A DNA stretch of 64,000 bases from NCBI GenBank assembly GCA_008632985.1, contig QPGO01000056.1, positions 338,406-402,405 of the forward strand. Direction: 5' to 3'. Source of the stretch: Psammoneis japonica (taxonomy: Eukaryota). The notes below the pieces were generated by a model, which was not told the DNA's origin, did no database searches, and worked only from the letters and a program-made list of their open reading frames with translations. Of the stretch, positions 36,690-49,977 are shown one piece after another; the stretch's first letter is position 1, and the number at the start of each line of letters is the position of its first letter. Made by a program: the position numbers and the translations under genes.

Positions 36690-39525
36690 CAGTCTTAGTA
36701 CATAACGCGAATACAACCAACGAGATGCTTCTAGGCCTGTTACAACTACAATTGCAACAAGAGTGAGACCGTTTCTGTGGTTGCGGAGTTTCCCTCCGAC
36801 ACCACGTCACGGTTCATTCCGTCCGTCCGTCCACCACCTCAACTACCATAGCACAGTGGACAATCCCTGATACTCCGGATTTCACCCGGTCCCCTCGAAA
36901 TGTTCCTGGCAGACTTGGCAGGGACAATTCGACCTGGTGCTGACCCAGTGTCTCCCTAAAAACAATCGCAATCTCTGAGCATGGTGCAAACCCTCACTGG
37001 GGATGAAATCACCAGTCACAATCTTCGAGCATGGTGTGAACCCTCGCCAGGGAAGAAAATCACCACTGCTCCACGCATCGCACTCAATGTGTGAACTTGT
37101 CTAACAGAAAATTCCGTCTGATGGATGACATGACCTTCATGAACAAATCACTCAGGTTTGTCTCTGTTCCTTCCTTTGTGATTCTAACAATCCCCGCAGC
37201 AACAGCTTCGCAGTTGCGGCGATGCGTGGTGGACTCAGGAACAGAGCAGTTTTTCTTGCAGACGGCCTCGTTGTCACAAAAGACAATGGCAGGCCCTTCG
37301 ATCGTCACACCGAACATTCAAAGCTTGTGTCGCAAACCCTCTACAATCTCAATGGGATTCTTGAGTGCAACAAACTCAGCTCCAAATGTTCCAGCCTCCA
37401 CAGTGTTCTGAAGCTTCGAGTGCCACGTTTGACAGGCACCCGATTGACAAACATCAGACACCTGCATGGCTGCCACGATTGGCAACATTGCCAGCATGGT
37501 TGGCATCCACAAAACAATGTGTTGACACTGTGTTGCCTCAAGCAGGTGGTGCATTGGTTGGGATGGCTTCGTCATGCTGATCGCACTTCACGAATCACGA
37601 TTCATCTGTCTCAGGATGAGCCGGGTCAAACGCAATTTGGCACTTTGGAACCTGTTTAAGATGCACAAAGACATGCAGTGCCTGTTCCAGATGACCAATG
37701 CAAGGCAGTGCAAGGTGAGCAGACATCAACGAAACTTCCAAATGCATGTCCACTCCACCGAGTTCTGCGGCCCAAACCAACACACCAGTCAACTCTTGGC
37801 AGCAGTGCAGTCCTTCAGCGTCTAATTCGCCAGTCATGTCCAGCTTGGGTTCACACCCACTGCTCAGTGGAGTTGTCACCTCACCAGGCAGACATTTCCC
37901 TTCCTTGCCAAGTCTGTCCTCAACATTCTGAACAGTGGCCTTGCCGTGCTTCTCTGCAGACATGGCCCAACAGGCAGTCCCATTGGCCAAAGTCACATTG
38001 GAAAGTGCAGCACCGAGATGACAATCTGGCTCAGCTACCTTGTCACCCTTGAGCTTGAACTTGGACCTGATGCCATCCATCATCTTCATGGGTTCATGAC
38101 CAATCAACAGCATGTCATCAACACAAACAAGAGTGCATTTGTGGCACTCGAATCCATCGGGTTTCACCGCAGGTCTCATCCACACATCAGGATTGGCCTT
38201 GCTCGGTTTGCACCCCAGATCATAAAGCGTCTCTGCTGGAAATGCTCTGAACACTGCTCCGGAACTCTTTAATCTGCACAGGGCCCTGACCACAATCATG
38301 GCAGTGAGGTGGGTGTTCTGGATGTCACGTGCAAAAACTTGCATGTCATTGAGTGCTGCAAGCGTGAGTGCAATTCTTGCTGAATCCCGAGAGACAACAG
38401 AAGAGCAGGTGATGTGTGTGGGGGGTGCAGCAGTGTGGCCTCCTGCCACCATGCAAGCAACTTGATCTTTGCAATGGAATGCTTGCAAGTTCTCATGACA
38501 TGAGGGACCCACCAAGCAAATGCTGCCTCCTTTGAGATCCTGCGTTGAATGGCAAACTTGGCAACTTGCACAGGGAAACTCTCTTCAGCATCCTTCAAGT
38601 TGATCCATGTCATGCTTCCATCCTTCCATTGGAACAAAAGTTCCCATCCTTTGGTGGACTTGTGCCTCTTCCCAATGCCCTGCTCAGTCTTGAAGAATGC
38701 AGATTCCAGAACATCACCATTTCTGCGGCAATCCACCATCTCATCAAACAGGACATGCCAATTCCCATCCTCATTGATCTGTGCAAACATGTTTGTGGCA
38801 ATGGAGTTAGCTGAGAGTGCAGTGGGATGCCCATCAGGGCACTCAACCTCATGCATCCTTGTGTCAAGGATGGGATTGTCGTTGGCTGTTCCCGCTGGAA
38901 TGCAGTTGACATCTCTCAACCACTTTGTGACAGAAGCAAACTCGAGGCCATCATCATCTCTTGGAAATGCAACTTCCACATTGAGATGTCCCCAGTCAGC
39001 CACCTCCAGCAAGGCTTCCTTGTCCTTCTTGTCATTGTCATTGTGAGCCACCTCCTTTGAGGATGTGATGCAATCGCACTTGTTGAGGAATTCATCATTG
39101 CACCCAAGGCAGTCCTTCCAGTCTTTGGGGCTGATCTTGCAATCCTCGCAGTCAGGGAAGTCTTGCTCCCTCAACTGTCACTTGACCTCCTCCTCAAAAC
39201 TGTCGAACTTTGCCTTGTTGTCTTGTGCAGCAGCTTCTAGATTGGTGACCTGTTGAACTGAAGTCCTCAAAATGACACCACCTGTCTGTGTCAAAATGCA
39301 GTGTGACATGAGACTCCCTGTTCTGTGAGATGCACTGAGCAACCTGCCAAGTTTCTTGTTGCCAAGACCCGCGTTCTCTCTGTGCCAGACCCAATCATAA
39401 AATCCAAAGTCAAGACACTCCCAAACATCCACGGTCTCCCTGACAATGTTCTCCAGTGGCACTTGAATGATTGCACAATCAACCCAGGTGCACCTGCAGG
39501 AGAAAAACGCACAAGCCTTCACCGG
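36690..39525 (-). mobile_element. Ty1/Copia (diatom CoDi-like) retrotransposon, decayed 3' part of pol (RT, RNaseH) with probable PPT and 3' LTR starting near 36884
   Basis: ITCSSVVSRDS, DIQNTHL, RALCRLKSSG, LVCVDD, QNTVEAGTFGAEFVA, NLSDLFMK, KGWELLFQWKDGS. Purine tract gaggggaccggg precedes TGAAATCC. The LTR's far end is not resolved. Confidence 0.85.
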
Positions 39526-41566
39526 CGATCAAGACCCTCCTTTTGTCCCCCCACAGCTCAAAACTCAATGTTGAGCTTGAGCATGCTGACAAGCTTAAAG
39601 AACGATGTAGAAGCAGCTGAGATTGCAAGCAAATTCAAAGATTTGGCATCCAATTTCCCAGAAAAAGGTGCTGAAGTCATGCACAAGATGGCAGAATGAG
39701 AGCTCAAACACGCAAAAGCCGAAAGAGTTGCTGCATTCATCAATGCGTGCATTGACCTCTTTGAGTGCATGTGTTCCATTGCATCACACATGGAAAAGGA
39801 GAAACCAGGCATTCATGCAGGCACCTGGGAGTGCTCTGCCTGCTAAAATGTGCCAAGAAGCACATTGCTGACACGCTCTGCTTGACACACCTGCGAGTCA
39901 AGCAGGATGTTGTTGCTGATGAGATCATCTTGCAAATGAACTTGGTGACAGAAGACAACCCCGCCATCAACCAAGATGACATGGCAGAAAATCAATGTCC
40001 CCTTGCAGATGGCGAGACCAAGATGATCTACAAACATGTGGCCACATGGCTCCAATGCAAAAACACCTTTGAGGAAGTCACGATGACATTGCAAAACAAA
40101 ATCAAACGCAAGAACGAACTTTCCCGAGTGAGTGCCCAAGTCACAGCTAGATGGAATGCATGGAACAAAAAAGCTGCAGCAGAAGCAACATCAGCTGCAC
40201 TGGAAGATGAGCCAGCAGCAAGCCCAGCCATTCTTGAACAGCTGGTGGTCAAACAAATTGAGCTCAAAGTGCCCGTCACAGCCAAACAAACAGCCAAAAC
40301 GCTTGAACAGCAACAGTCGCAAAAGAAACAAAAAAACTGCATGGGCGACCAGAAAGCCCCACCAACAAAAAACAATGCCACAACAAAGGCAAGAAAAGGG
40401 CCACCACAAAAAAAAACGGGAAACAAGCCCCAATCCAAAACCACCCAGAATCAAGGAAAAGGAAAAGGCAACTGAAGCTCACAGTGCAAAGGCGGGCAAC
40501 AAGGCTCCAGAAACAAGACGAGGCATGTGCAGTGAAACTGGCACACCTCGCTGCCAAGGAGTCAATCAAAAACGCCAACCGTCAAGCCAACAAGTTTTGC
40601 CAGAGGATCCATGGGTTCATGCCAAACCCAAATAAAACCCCATGGCAGAATGCAGTGGATGCACTCGGCAACACCCCTGCAGTGCAATGCTTCAGTCAGC
40701 TAAACAACCTCACCATCCACAACCTCTGCACTGCTCTCAAGCCACCTCCTGGACTCGTTGCACTGCTCGGACTTAGTCACAAGTTTTGCATTCAACAACC
40801 GAAGCCTCTGCCCCATGACAAGCCTGGAATTGAGTGACTCTGTCACTCGATTTATCTCCATCACTTTGCAAACAACACAAACAACCTTCTGGAACTGTGG
40901 ATGATGGACTTCACAAACCGCATCAACAAACTCTGCCAGCGAGCAGCAGCACAATGCCCAAGGTGCAATTTGTCCCCACACCAACACCGACTCCTCCACC
41001 ACCTGAAAGAGGACAACCGTTGCATTGTCTGCATGAGTGACAAAAACCTGGGACCAGTTGTTTGTTGAACATGCAACCCACATGAAACAAGCCCTCCAAG
41101 ACCACTCAATTGACCAGCACAGCCACCAATGGCTGTCAACACCAGAGAAAAACAAACTCCTTGTCAAGCTCTGCTGAGCAAACACATTTCAAATGCAGCT
41201 TCAATCTGCTCCACCGCATCTCGCAATTCCATGTCACAATTGAGGTCAAAAAATCTCCATGGAAAACAAGACCAATCATCAGTTGTGTTGGAAGCTTTGA
41301 CAAGATTTTCTTGAACTGGTTGGACAAGAAAATGAAAGAGCTCCTTGCTCTTTCCCACTCCTGCATCTGCAATTCTCACCAAGTGCTCAAGGATCTGCGA
41401 GCACTGGAAAACCTGCCCAAGGATGTGAAGCTCTTTGCTGTCAATGCCATCAACATGCACTCCAATGTTGATGCAAACCATGCATTGGAAGTTTTTCAAG
41501 AACTGGTTTTCAGCCTGTCCCAACAAAATGCCAGCAGACTTCCCTGTGCAGTTTTTTCTTTCAGCC

Positions 41567-41945
41567 TGCAACATGCGTTGTCATGTACGTATTATATATG
41601 TATATCTATATATTAAATAAAAGTGTGTTTCAATCGTACGTCAATCGTGGGTTCGTACGAAGTACAGATCAGTCACACAGAAGTGATTGGATGTCGAGAA
41701 TCGCAAATGCGATCGTACGATGATGTTGACATCTTATGTGTCAATGTCAATCGTATCCGGACAATCTGTCGTCACGATCATATTCTCCGAAAGGCCTTTT
41801 GTCTGTAGGAGCAGTACAAAAGGTTTAGGCCATTGAGAATCCGTTCGGAGAAACCCAAAATGATTGAGTAGAAATGATTCTCATAATTTTCACTTTTTGA
41901 ACTTCATTCTACTTTCGTTTACACTCGTTCTTCGAGCATAGTGCA
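41567..41945 (+). repeat. 5' LTR
   Basis: 371/379 identical to the 3' LTR by manual alignment, TG...CA ends. Confidence 0.97.
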
Positions 41946-41981
41946 TTGTGTATACACACCACAGAAGGTAATAAGTTCAAG

Positions 41982-43136
41982 ATGAAGCTTTCACCTCATG
42001 CAACCAACGCCAAAACTTCGTCAAGGCAGGAGAAAATCGTCCCTCAACCGCTGGAATCGAACTCCGAGCCGAAGAGCCTCAAACCGAGCCAGTGCCTCAA
42101 GATGGAGCAACGTTTTCATCCCGAGAAGAAGGATAGCCGTACCTACACCATCAATGTTGAGCACTACAAGAAACAAGGTGTCCCCAAGTTCATCGAATTT
42201 CTCAAGAGCTACGATCAACTTCCAGTGGGCCAGAATGTCAGGAAGCAATCTGATGAGTTTCGTCTCATGCGTGTGTTACTCCAAGGAGACGCCCTGCGTG
42301 CTTTCGAGAATGCGGCAGCGAACCTTGAAGACGAATCTGCGGAAGGAAGCTTCGAGAAATGCCTGCAACATCTCACGAGGCATGTGTTTCCCAAGAATGC
42401 CCTTTCGGTGCAGAAACGTCATTTGCGTCGTGATCTCAAGAAGCCGGAGTCCATGAAAGTACGCGAAATTGCTGCTTGGGTCCAGGAAGTCAACGAAGAC
42501 CTCAAGTTCTATCCTCCCTTTGGGAAGGAACAGAAGATCAAGGACGACGAGCTCAAGGACATCCTCTTCAACCTTGCACCTCGAAAGTGGCAGCGTCAGT
42601 CGACCGTCCAGGGTTTCGAAATTTTGAAACATGCCTGTGACGAGCTGGTTGAGTTCTTGGAGCGCCTAGAGGTCGCAGAAGACACATTTGATGGCATTCA
42701 TGCCAAGGCTGATGGCAGTGGCGGCACTGCATCAAAAGCCAAGAGTGGTTCCCAACGTGGTTCCAAAAATGGTCACCAACATGGTGCCGAAAAATCTCAG
42801 TCCGAGAAGTGGTGCATTTCATGCGAGAAATCCACTCATAACACGGACAAGTGCTGGTCGATCAAAAGACTTGCGAAAGAACGCTGTGGGAACTATGAAC
42901 CCGACCCGAAACGGCGCCGTTCAAATGGCAATCGCACGTGGTCTCGTCGCGACAACGACAACGCCACTCGCAAAGAAGAGTTGAATGCCATGGCGATCCA
43001 AGCAGTTCAAAAAATGCTCAAAGCGAGTTCTTCGAACAATGACAAAAAACACAAGAGCAAAGATTGTGATTCTGATGCCCTTGACGAGGAAAATTGTCAG
43101 TTTGAAAAAATGACGCGCAGTGATTCCGAGGAATGA
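41982..43136 (+). CDS. gag: Gag with CCHC zinc knuckle
   Basis: Open frame with CISCEKSTHNTDKC (C-x2-C-x4-H-x4-C). Confidence 0.88.
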   Translation: MKLSPHATNAKTSSRQEKIVPQPLESNSEPKSLKPSQCLKMEQRFHPEKKDSRTYTINVEHYKKQGVPKFIEFLKSYDQLPVGQNVRKQSDEFRLMRVLLQGDALRAFENAAANLEDESAEGSFEKCLQHLTRHVFPKNALSVQKRHLRRDLKKPESMKVREIAAWVQEVNEDLKFYPPFGKEQKIKDDELKDILFNLAPRKWQRQSTVQGFEILKHACDELVEFLERLEVAEDTFDGIHAKADGSGGTASKAKSGSQRGSKNGHQHGAEKSQSEKWCISCEKSTHNTDKCWSIKRLAKERCGNYEPDPKRRRSNGNRTWSRRDNDNATRKEELNAMAIQAVQKMLKASSSNNDKKHKSKDCDSDALDEENCQFEKMTRSDSEE

Positions 43137-46100
43137 CTTGCACCGCAAGAGGAGTCTTGCGCTCTGCTGGACATTAGGAAGCCCAGGAAAAGGGCCAAAG
43201 TAATTCACACTAGTCCAGTGGTCGTCGCCTGCATGAACACTTCATTGGGCAAGGCGAAAAATAAGCCTCTGCGCGTTCTCCTCGATGGCGGAACATTGTC
43301 AACCATAATTTTGCGCAAATTCACGCGGAAACTCAGAACAAAAGCATCCGCCACCAAACTCTGGGAAACCAAAGGAGGGCTCTTCACGACTGACAGTCGA
43401 TGTAAGATCCAATTCTCCTCACCCGAATTTGACAAACACAAGATGATTGAAACAACGGCATGTGTTGACAACTCCCCTTCTTCTTCGAGTCGTTATGACA
43501 TGATCATGGGATGCGACTTAATGTCAAGTCTTGGGATGGTGTTGGACTTCTCGAATGAAGAAATTAAGTGGGAAGATGCAACTGCTCCTGTGAAGAATGT
43601 TGATGCACTCTTCGATGCCGATGTTTTTAAGTTGATTGCCGATCACATTGAGGAATCTCATGCAGTGATTGGTCTCAATGACAGGGTCAATCGGATCCTT
43701 GACTCAGACTGTCATGCTGCAAACCTCAATAATGTGACCGCAGCAGCTGCTCATCTAACTCCTGAAGAGCAGAAGCAGCTGAACTTCCTCTTAAAAAGAT
43801 TTGAAAACCTTTTCGATGGTTCTCCAGGCAAATGGACCGGGAAACCGGTGGATTTAAAGTTGAAATCGGGCGTGAGTCCGCATCATGCCAAACCATTTCC
43901 CGTGCCACAAGCCTTGGAGGCGACTGCTCGTAAGGAGGTTGAAAGACTGTGCAAGTTGAAAGTCTCAAGAAAAACAAATTGTTCTGAATGGGCGGCTCCA
44001 ACCTTTGTTCAACCCAAGAAAAATGGCAGAGTTCGGTTCTCATCCGACTTTCGAGAGCCAAACAAGAGGTTAATTCGTACTCCGTTTCCTCTGCCCAACA
44101 TTCAGGACATGCTACAGAAGCTTGAAGGCTTCATGCATGCAACGTCCCTGGATTTAAACATGGGATGCTGTCACATCGAATTGACGCCGCGTGCACGTCG
44201 CTTGTGCACGATCGTCATGCCTTGGGGCAAATGTGAGTGCTGTAGACTCCCCATGGGAATTTGTGGAGCTCCAGATATTTTCCAAGAGCACATGAGTGAG
44301 CTCATGGCAGGTCTGGAGTTCGTCAGAACTTGTGTTGACGACACATTGTGTCTTGCAAAAAGTGATTTTCAAGACCACCTCAAGAAGCTTGAAACGGTGT
44401 TCTTACGCCTAGAACAAGCCGGATTGAAGGTCAACGCCGAGAAGTCCTTTTTCGCTAAAACCGAAGTAGACTATCTAGGCTTTCATGTCACCCGCAAGGG
44501 CATCAGCCCGATTCCAAAAAAAGCAGAAGCGATTTGCGCGATCGCAACTCCTAAAACTCGCAAGGAATTGCGACGCTTTATCGGTATGATCAACTATTAT
44601 CGAGACATGTGGCCTCGACGATCTCATGTTTTAGCTCCTTTAGCCAAACTCACTTCTACCCAAGTAAAGTGGCAATGGACCGAAACAGAACAAAAAGCCT
44701 TCGAAAATATGAAGCGCATCATCTCCAAAGATATACTATTATCATACCCGAATTTTAATATACCCTTTGAGATATATACCGATGCTAGTAAATCTCAATT
44801 GGGGGCGGTTATTACTCAGAAAAACCGACCAATTGCCTTCTACAGCCGCAAGCTGAATGGAGCGCAGACGCGTTATACTACAACGGAAAAAGAGCTATTG
44901 TCCATAGTGGAGACGTTAAAAGAGTTCCGAAATATACTGTTTGGCCAACAGATAAATATATATACGGATCACAAAAATCTCACACACAAAAATTTCACAA
45001 CGGACAGAGTCATGCGTTGGCGTCTAATAATAGAAGAATACAGTCCCGAAATAATATACCTTGAGGGCAAGGCAAATATTGTCGCAGACGCGATTAGCCG
45101 ACTTACTATGAAGAAAATAGAACCTATGGAAACCCTCAGCACAGAAGAGCTAGCTGAAAAGGTCCTACCAAAATCCTACGACAATGTCTTCCGTTAAATT
45201 ACAAAGTTCTTGATTATGAACAAAAACGGGATAAAGACATTCTCTCCCAATTGTCAAATAAGACGTTTCATACGAAGACTTTTCGTGGAGGCGAGCGAGA
45301 CCGGTTGCTCATATGTCATAAGGATAAAATTGTCGTCCCGAGGACGTTACAAAAGGCAGTGATAGATTGGTATCATACATACCTTCTTCACCCTGGCATA
45401 AATCGAACAGAAGAAACAATCTCACAACACCTATGGTGGTCCACCTTACGTGAAGACATACGAAAATACGTGTCGAGATGTGAGACGTGCCAAAAATTCA
45501 AAAAGAAACACAAGAAATATGGACATTTACCTCCTAAGTGCGCAGAATCCGTACCATGGGAACGACTATGTGTGGACCTTATTGGGCCATACAAAATACG
45601 TCGTAAGGGAAAGAAAAAACCCCTAGTCCTGAAATGTTTAACTATGATCGATCCAGCAACCGGATGGTTTGAAGTTGTGGAAATCCCAAATAAGGAGTCC
45701 ATAACTGTAGCTGGACTATTAGAACGAACATGGCTAAGTAGATATCCTTGGCCATCGTTAATTACATATGACCGTGGAAGTGAGTTCATCGGACACCAAT
45801 TTAGAGAAATGGTGCAAGATGATTATGGCATTAAAGTCAAGCCTATAACTACACGAAATCCACAAGCAAACGCAATTATTGAACGCGTACATCAAGTACT
45901 GGGGAACATGCTCCGTACATTTGATTTGCAACATACACCTCTAGATACTGAGGATCCTTTCGCTGGAATACTATCAGCAGTAGCATTTGCGGTACGTTCT
46001 ACGTATCATACCACTACGCAAGCTACACCAGGACAACTAGTCTTCAATAGAGACATGATATTTAACGTCCAACATGTCGCGGACTGGAAATTAATCCAGC

Positions 46101-46336
46101 AGCGAAAACAAGAAATCATAAATAAAAATAACGCTCGAGAGAATGCTCGACGTACTCCTTACACGTACAGAGTAGGAGAAAAGATACTACTCGAGAAAGA
46201 CTCGCAAAAATTAGAACAGCCCTATGTTGGACCGTATGTAATAACAACGGTACATACTAATGGCACAGTACAGATCAAACGCGGTAACGTTATTGACACT
46301 GTCAATATTCGTCGAATAATACCGTTTAACGACTGA
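43137..46336 (+). pseudogene. pol: Pol (protease, RT, RNaseH, integrase), RT inactivated, frameshift near 45190
   Basis: VLLDGG protease, LDLNMGCCH / RLPMG / CVDD RT, YTDAS..EKELL..YTDH RNaseH, HHCC plus D,D,E integrase (VDLIGP, YDRGSEF, IERVH). Confidence 0.93.
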
Positions 46337-46362
46337 CTCTAATGTGCAATTAGGGAGGCGAA

Positions 46363-46741
46363 TGCAATATGCGTTGTCATGTACGTATTATATATGTATA
46401 TCTATATATTAAATAAAAGTATATTTCAATCGTACGTCAATCGTGGGTTCGTACGAAGTACAGATCAGTCACACAGAAGTGATTGCATGTCGAGAATCGC
46501 AAATGCGATCGTACGATGATGTTGACATCTTATGTGTCAATATCAATCGTATCCGGACAATCTGTCGTCACGATCATATTCTCCGAAAGGCCTTTTGTCT
46601 GTAGGAGCAGTACAAAAGGTTTAGGCTATTGAGAATCCGTTCGGAGAAACCCAAAATGATTGAGCAGAAATAATTCTCATAATTTTCACTTTTTGAACTT
46701 CATTCTACTTTCGTTTACACTCGTTCTTCGAGCATAGTGCA
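46363..46741 (+). repeat. 3' LTR
   Basis: Matches the 5' LTR and follows the PPT. Confidence 0.97.
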
Positions 46742-49700
46742 TTCCCTCTCAATCGTCATGACACAGAACAAACATCCTCCAGTTTGATGACATGCATTGG
46801 CTGCAAACCTGCAGAACCACCATGGGCACTGGCACAGCATGCATGTGCACAACGCTGTGCAAGGCCCTTCATGAATGCCAAGTGCTGCAAACCTGCTTCG
46901 CCACCAACCTGCAACACTGTGGCTGGTTCATCAACAACATCTTGGGGACATGGACCAGAAACTCTGACTCAATGTGGACAGAATTCAAAACAGAAATGAA
47001 CAACTCTGGCCCCCTTGAATGGGAAACTTTGCTGCTCTCCAATGCAGCCATGTTCCAGGATTTAGAAATCCAAATAGGAGCCAATGGCAGGATCATCACT
47101 CGTGTGCATCAAAAGCCCGTGAATCTCTTTCTGTGCATGCCACCAACATCAGCTCATGCACCCGGAGTGCTGAAGAGTGTCACATGTGGAAATTTGCGAT
47201 GGTTCTGGCTGCAAAATTCAGATGCACATGACTTTGTAAAAGTTGCAAAAAACTTTGCAGACCATCTCGCTGACCAAGGACACGATTGGGACATGCTGCG
47301 TGAGCCATTTGTGGAAGCCGCCAACCATCTCAACAACCCCTGTCAGCACTCCCGCTCCAACAACACCGCAGACCCAAGCTCTGCCCTGTTCTTCCACAGT
47401 GAATTTCACCCCCGTGGGGCACCTCATGCCTCTGTTTGACGGGCCTGTGAAGACACATTGGATGGGTGCAATGGTTTCAAGCATTTTGTGCTTGCTTGCT
47501 TGTGACCTCAAAACTTGAGAGACGCTTCAATGCAAACTCAAATGCAAGAACCAGAGGGCAAGCGTGCATCCAACTACATCAAGCAACTGGAGCTGGAGCT
47601 CTGAGTTGGTGACTCCATCGTGATGACACACCTCCGGCAAAAAACTCTGGGCTGCCTTCCATTCCTGTGGTGCTTCGGCTTGTGCCCATTGGAGTTTTTT
47701 TTGGGGTTGCACCAAACCCAAACCCCATTTTTTACATGCAGTTGATCTGTTCTTTTCATTCTTTAGCAGGCATTCAAAACACACCATTGAGAACGCCAAT
47801 GCCCACTTTTTCTCCACTGGAGTTTTGGGCCAAAGACATGCGTGCTTCGTGCACATTGGCACTTTCAATGGTCGCATCTGAGCTGTGACAGCAACAACCA
47901 TTAAAAACAGCCGATGTTGATCTTTTTGGCTCATGAGAAAACATGTCAACCATGCTGATGAAGCAAAAGCAAAAGCTCACATCATTGAGCTTTGCAGGTT
48001 TGGCAAGACCAACCCAAAGTCTTGTCAGTGCCAAAGGCACTCTCTGCACATTCAAGAACCCCAGCAGCAAAATGAGAGCAGAGGCCGGAAAACCCAAGTG
48101 GTTCGTGCATGTTCAACAGAATCGGTGATCTCATCTTGCGGATTGCTTGAGGCCAGTGGGCAAAAAATGTGCTGCAGGGCCCGAACGGCACTCACTCGTG
48201 CAGCCTCCTGCTGCCCCCATGTTGTGTGTCTTGCACCTCCCACACCTCTCATTGGGCTCTTAAAATCTTTAGAGTTAAAATCATGAATGTGTTGTTGGTG
48301 TGGAATGGACAAGTGGCTTTTAAAACTGTGGTGTCAGACGCCGCTGATGAGGGTGGGATCAAGAGCATCGCTTTCTCGGAATGTGGTGCTTTGTGTTGTC
48401 CCACAATGAGAATGTTGGTGAGCAATTGCGTGCAACAGAGGTCAACTTCCTTGATGTTCCTGCTCAAATCTGCCCTCTGCCAGATGCACATTCACCAACC
48501 TGGCCCAAGTTCCAAAAATTGGATTCTCTCAAGTCTCTCGAGCAATGCTGGTGATTTTGGCCAAACACCCATTTGCACTTGTTTGTCACAGCCCTGCTTC
48601 CAGCTGCCACTTTCAAGGTTCAGAGGCAGGTGTCAAACTCAAAGCACTGTGGCACTCTGGCTGTCTTCTCTATGATGCAAAACAGTGTGCACATGTGTGT
48701 TGTGGGCTGGAACTTTTTTCAATTGCTGAGGTGGTGCAAACAGCCTTTGGAAGTTTGTTGGGCCTTGTTCTGGCAAATGAATCTTGAATCTTGCCTTGTG
48801 ACTGGCATCTCTGCAGCTGATGATTGGCCAGAAAATGTCAAAGAGCTGCATGTTCATCAATTGACCCAATGACAATGATGAGTTGACAGTTTGCTGCTGG
48901 GGGTGGGGGTGTTGCTGCACCAAGCATCTGGACTTTCCCACATGGCCAGAGTCTCAACTGAGTGCTGGCACCAGCAGAGGGTGACAGAATGCCAAAAGGC
49001 AACAAGGACAATGCCATGGCTGACTCCCCAAGCACCAGGGCTGTGATGATGTGAGCACTGGCGAAAGAGAATGAGAGGTCATCACCTGCACTCTGTCTGT
49101 TTGTCACACGATGGGTGGACTGGCACCCTCCCCTGATCTGCAATGTCGAAATGTAGAAAACAATGCAGGTCAACCAAAACAACAGGGGTCATGCATGAAA
49201 ATTGATTGGATGACAAAACAAAGTGTCCAGGCTCAACTCACAATTGCAAAGAAACCACACAAAGCAATGACATCTCCAAAAGACTCCAATGGCTGCAGGG
49301 TGCATGTGCTGATCCATTCAAAAAAATCAAAAGCAGCTTCAAACAAGTCTTGTGCAAAAGTTGAGTCTCAATCCAAAGACCAAAGAATGGCTCTGTCAAT
49401 CAACAAATGATTGAAGGCAAAGGGGCATTCTGGTGAGCCACAATGTTGCTGAATCTCATCCAGCAAAATGGGGCAGGATGGAAATTCACCATGGTGTGTG
49501 GTGTGGCAAAAATGAGGTGGAAGCAACCCGCTGGACAAAGCAGCACCTCGGTCACATTTTGCTTTGCCCCCAAAAAACACAATGGACAGAAAAAAATGCA
49601 TCACAAAAGTTTTTGGCATTTGGAAGAACATGTGCGCGCGGCATCTGAGGATGGCAGGATGTGCAAATCTTGGCCACCAAATGTGGCATCTTGAGAGAAT

Positions 49701-49977
49701 CTTGAATGCTCAACAGCCTTGCATGCTCCCACTGTGCTGCAGGGATCCCTCCCCTGTTCACAAAACACAGGGTCATTGTTGGCAACAGTTGACAGGTCCA
49801 GAACACCAGGAAAAATGCTGTTTGACACCACAGCGGTCCTGTCAGTGAACAAAAAGGTGTTGTGGCAGAAGGTGACAAGTTTTGGTGACCTTCTTTCAGG
49901 GGCATCCAACTTCTTCCATTGAACCTGTTGGCTTCCTCTTCACTGCATTTGACCCTTCCCTGATCAGAAAGTGCAAG

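Larger units (their letters stand above)
41567..46741 (+). mobile_element. Full-length Ty3/Gypsy LTR retrotransposon (5175 bp)
   Basis: Two 379-bp LTRs, gag, PR-RT-RH-IN order, PPT agggaggcgaa at 46352-46362. Confidence 0.97.
39530..47600 (+). mobile_element. Penelope-like element (RT), decayed and split by the Gypsy insertion
   Basis: KTRPIISCVGS and LFAVNAINMHSNVD lie before 41566. LSIVMTQN..QFDD.HWLQ..TTMGT..ACMC, FINN (FIDD) and HQKPVNLFLCMPPTSAH.PG lie after 46742. Confidence 0.85.

Noticed and set aside
36975..37070. Two repeats of about 50 bp resembling a mini CRISPR array
   Set aside because: Only two diverged units, located in a Copia 3' UTR, in a eukaryotic context with no cas genes.
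41946..41970. tRNA primer-binding site or Tf1-like self-priming site after the 5' LTR
   Set aside because: No TGG start, and no convincing complement in the LTR in the present sequence. The mechanism cannot be called.
41567..46741. Classical RIP (CpA->TpA) as the explanation of the LTR differences
   Set aside because: Conserved protein motifs polarise the change away from TA, and old repeats are TA-poor rather than TA-rich.
41561..46746. Target-site duplication of the full-length Gypsy
   Set aside because: The flanks AGCC and TTCC match at only 2 of 4 positions, so no TSD is claimed.
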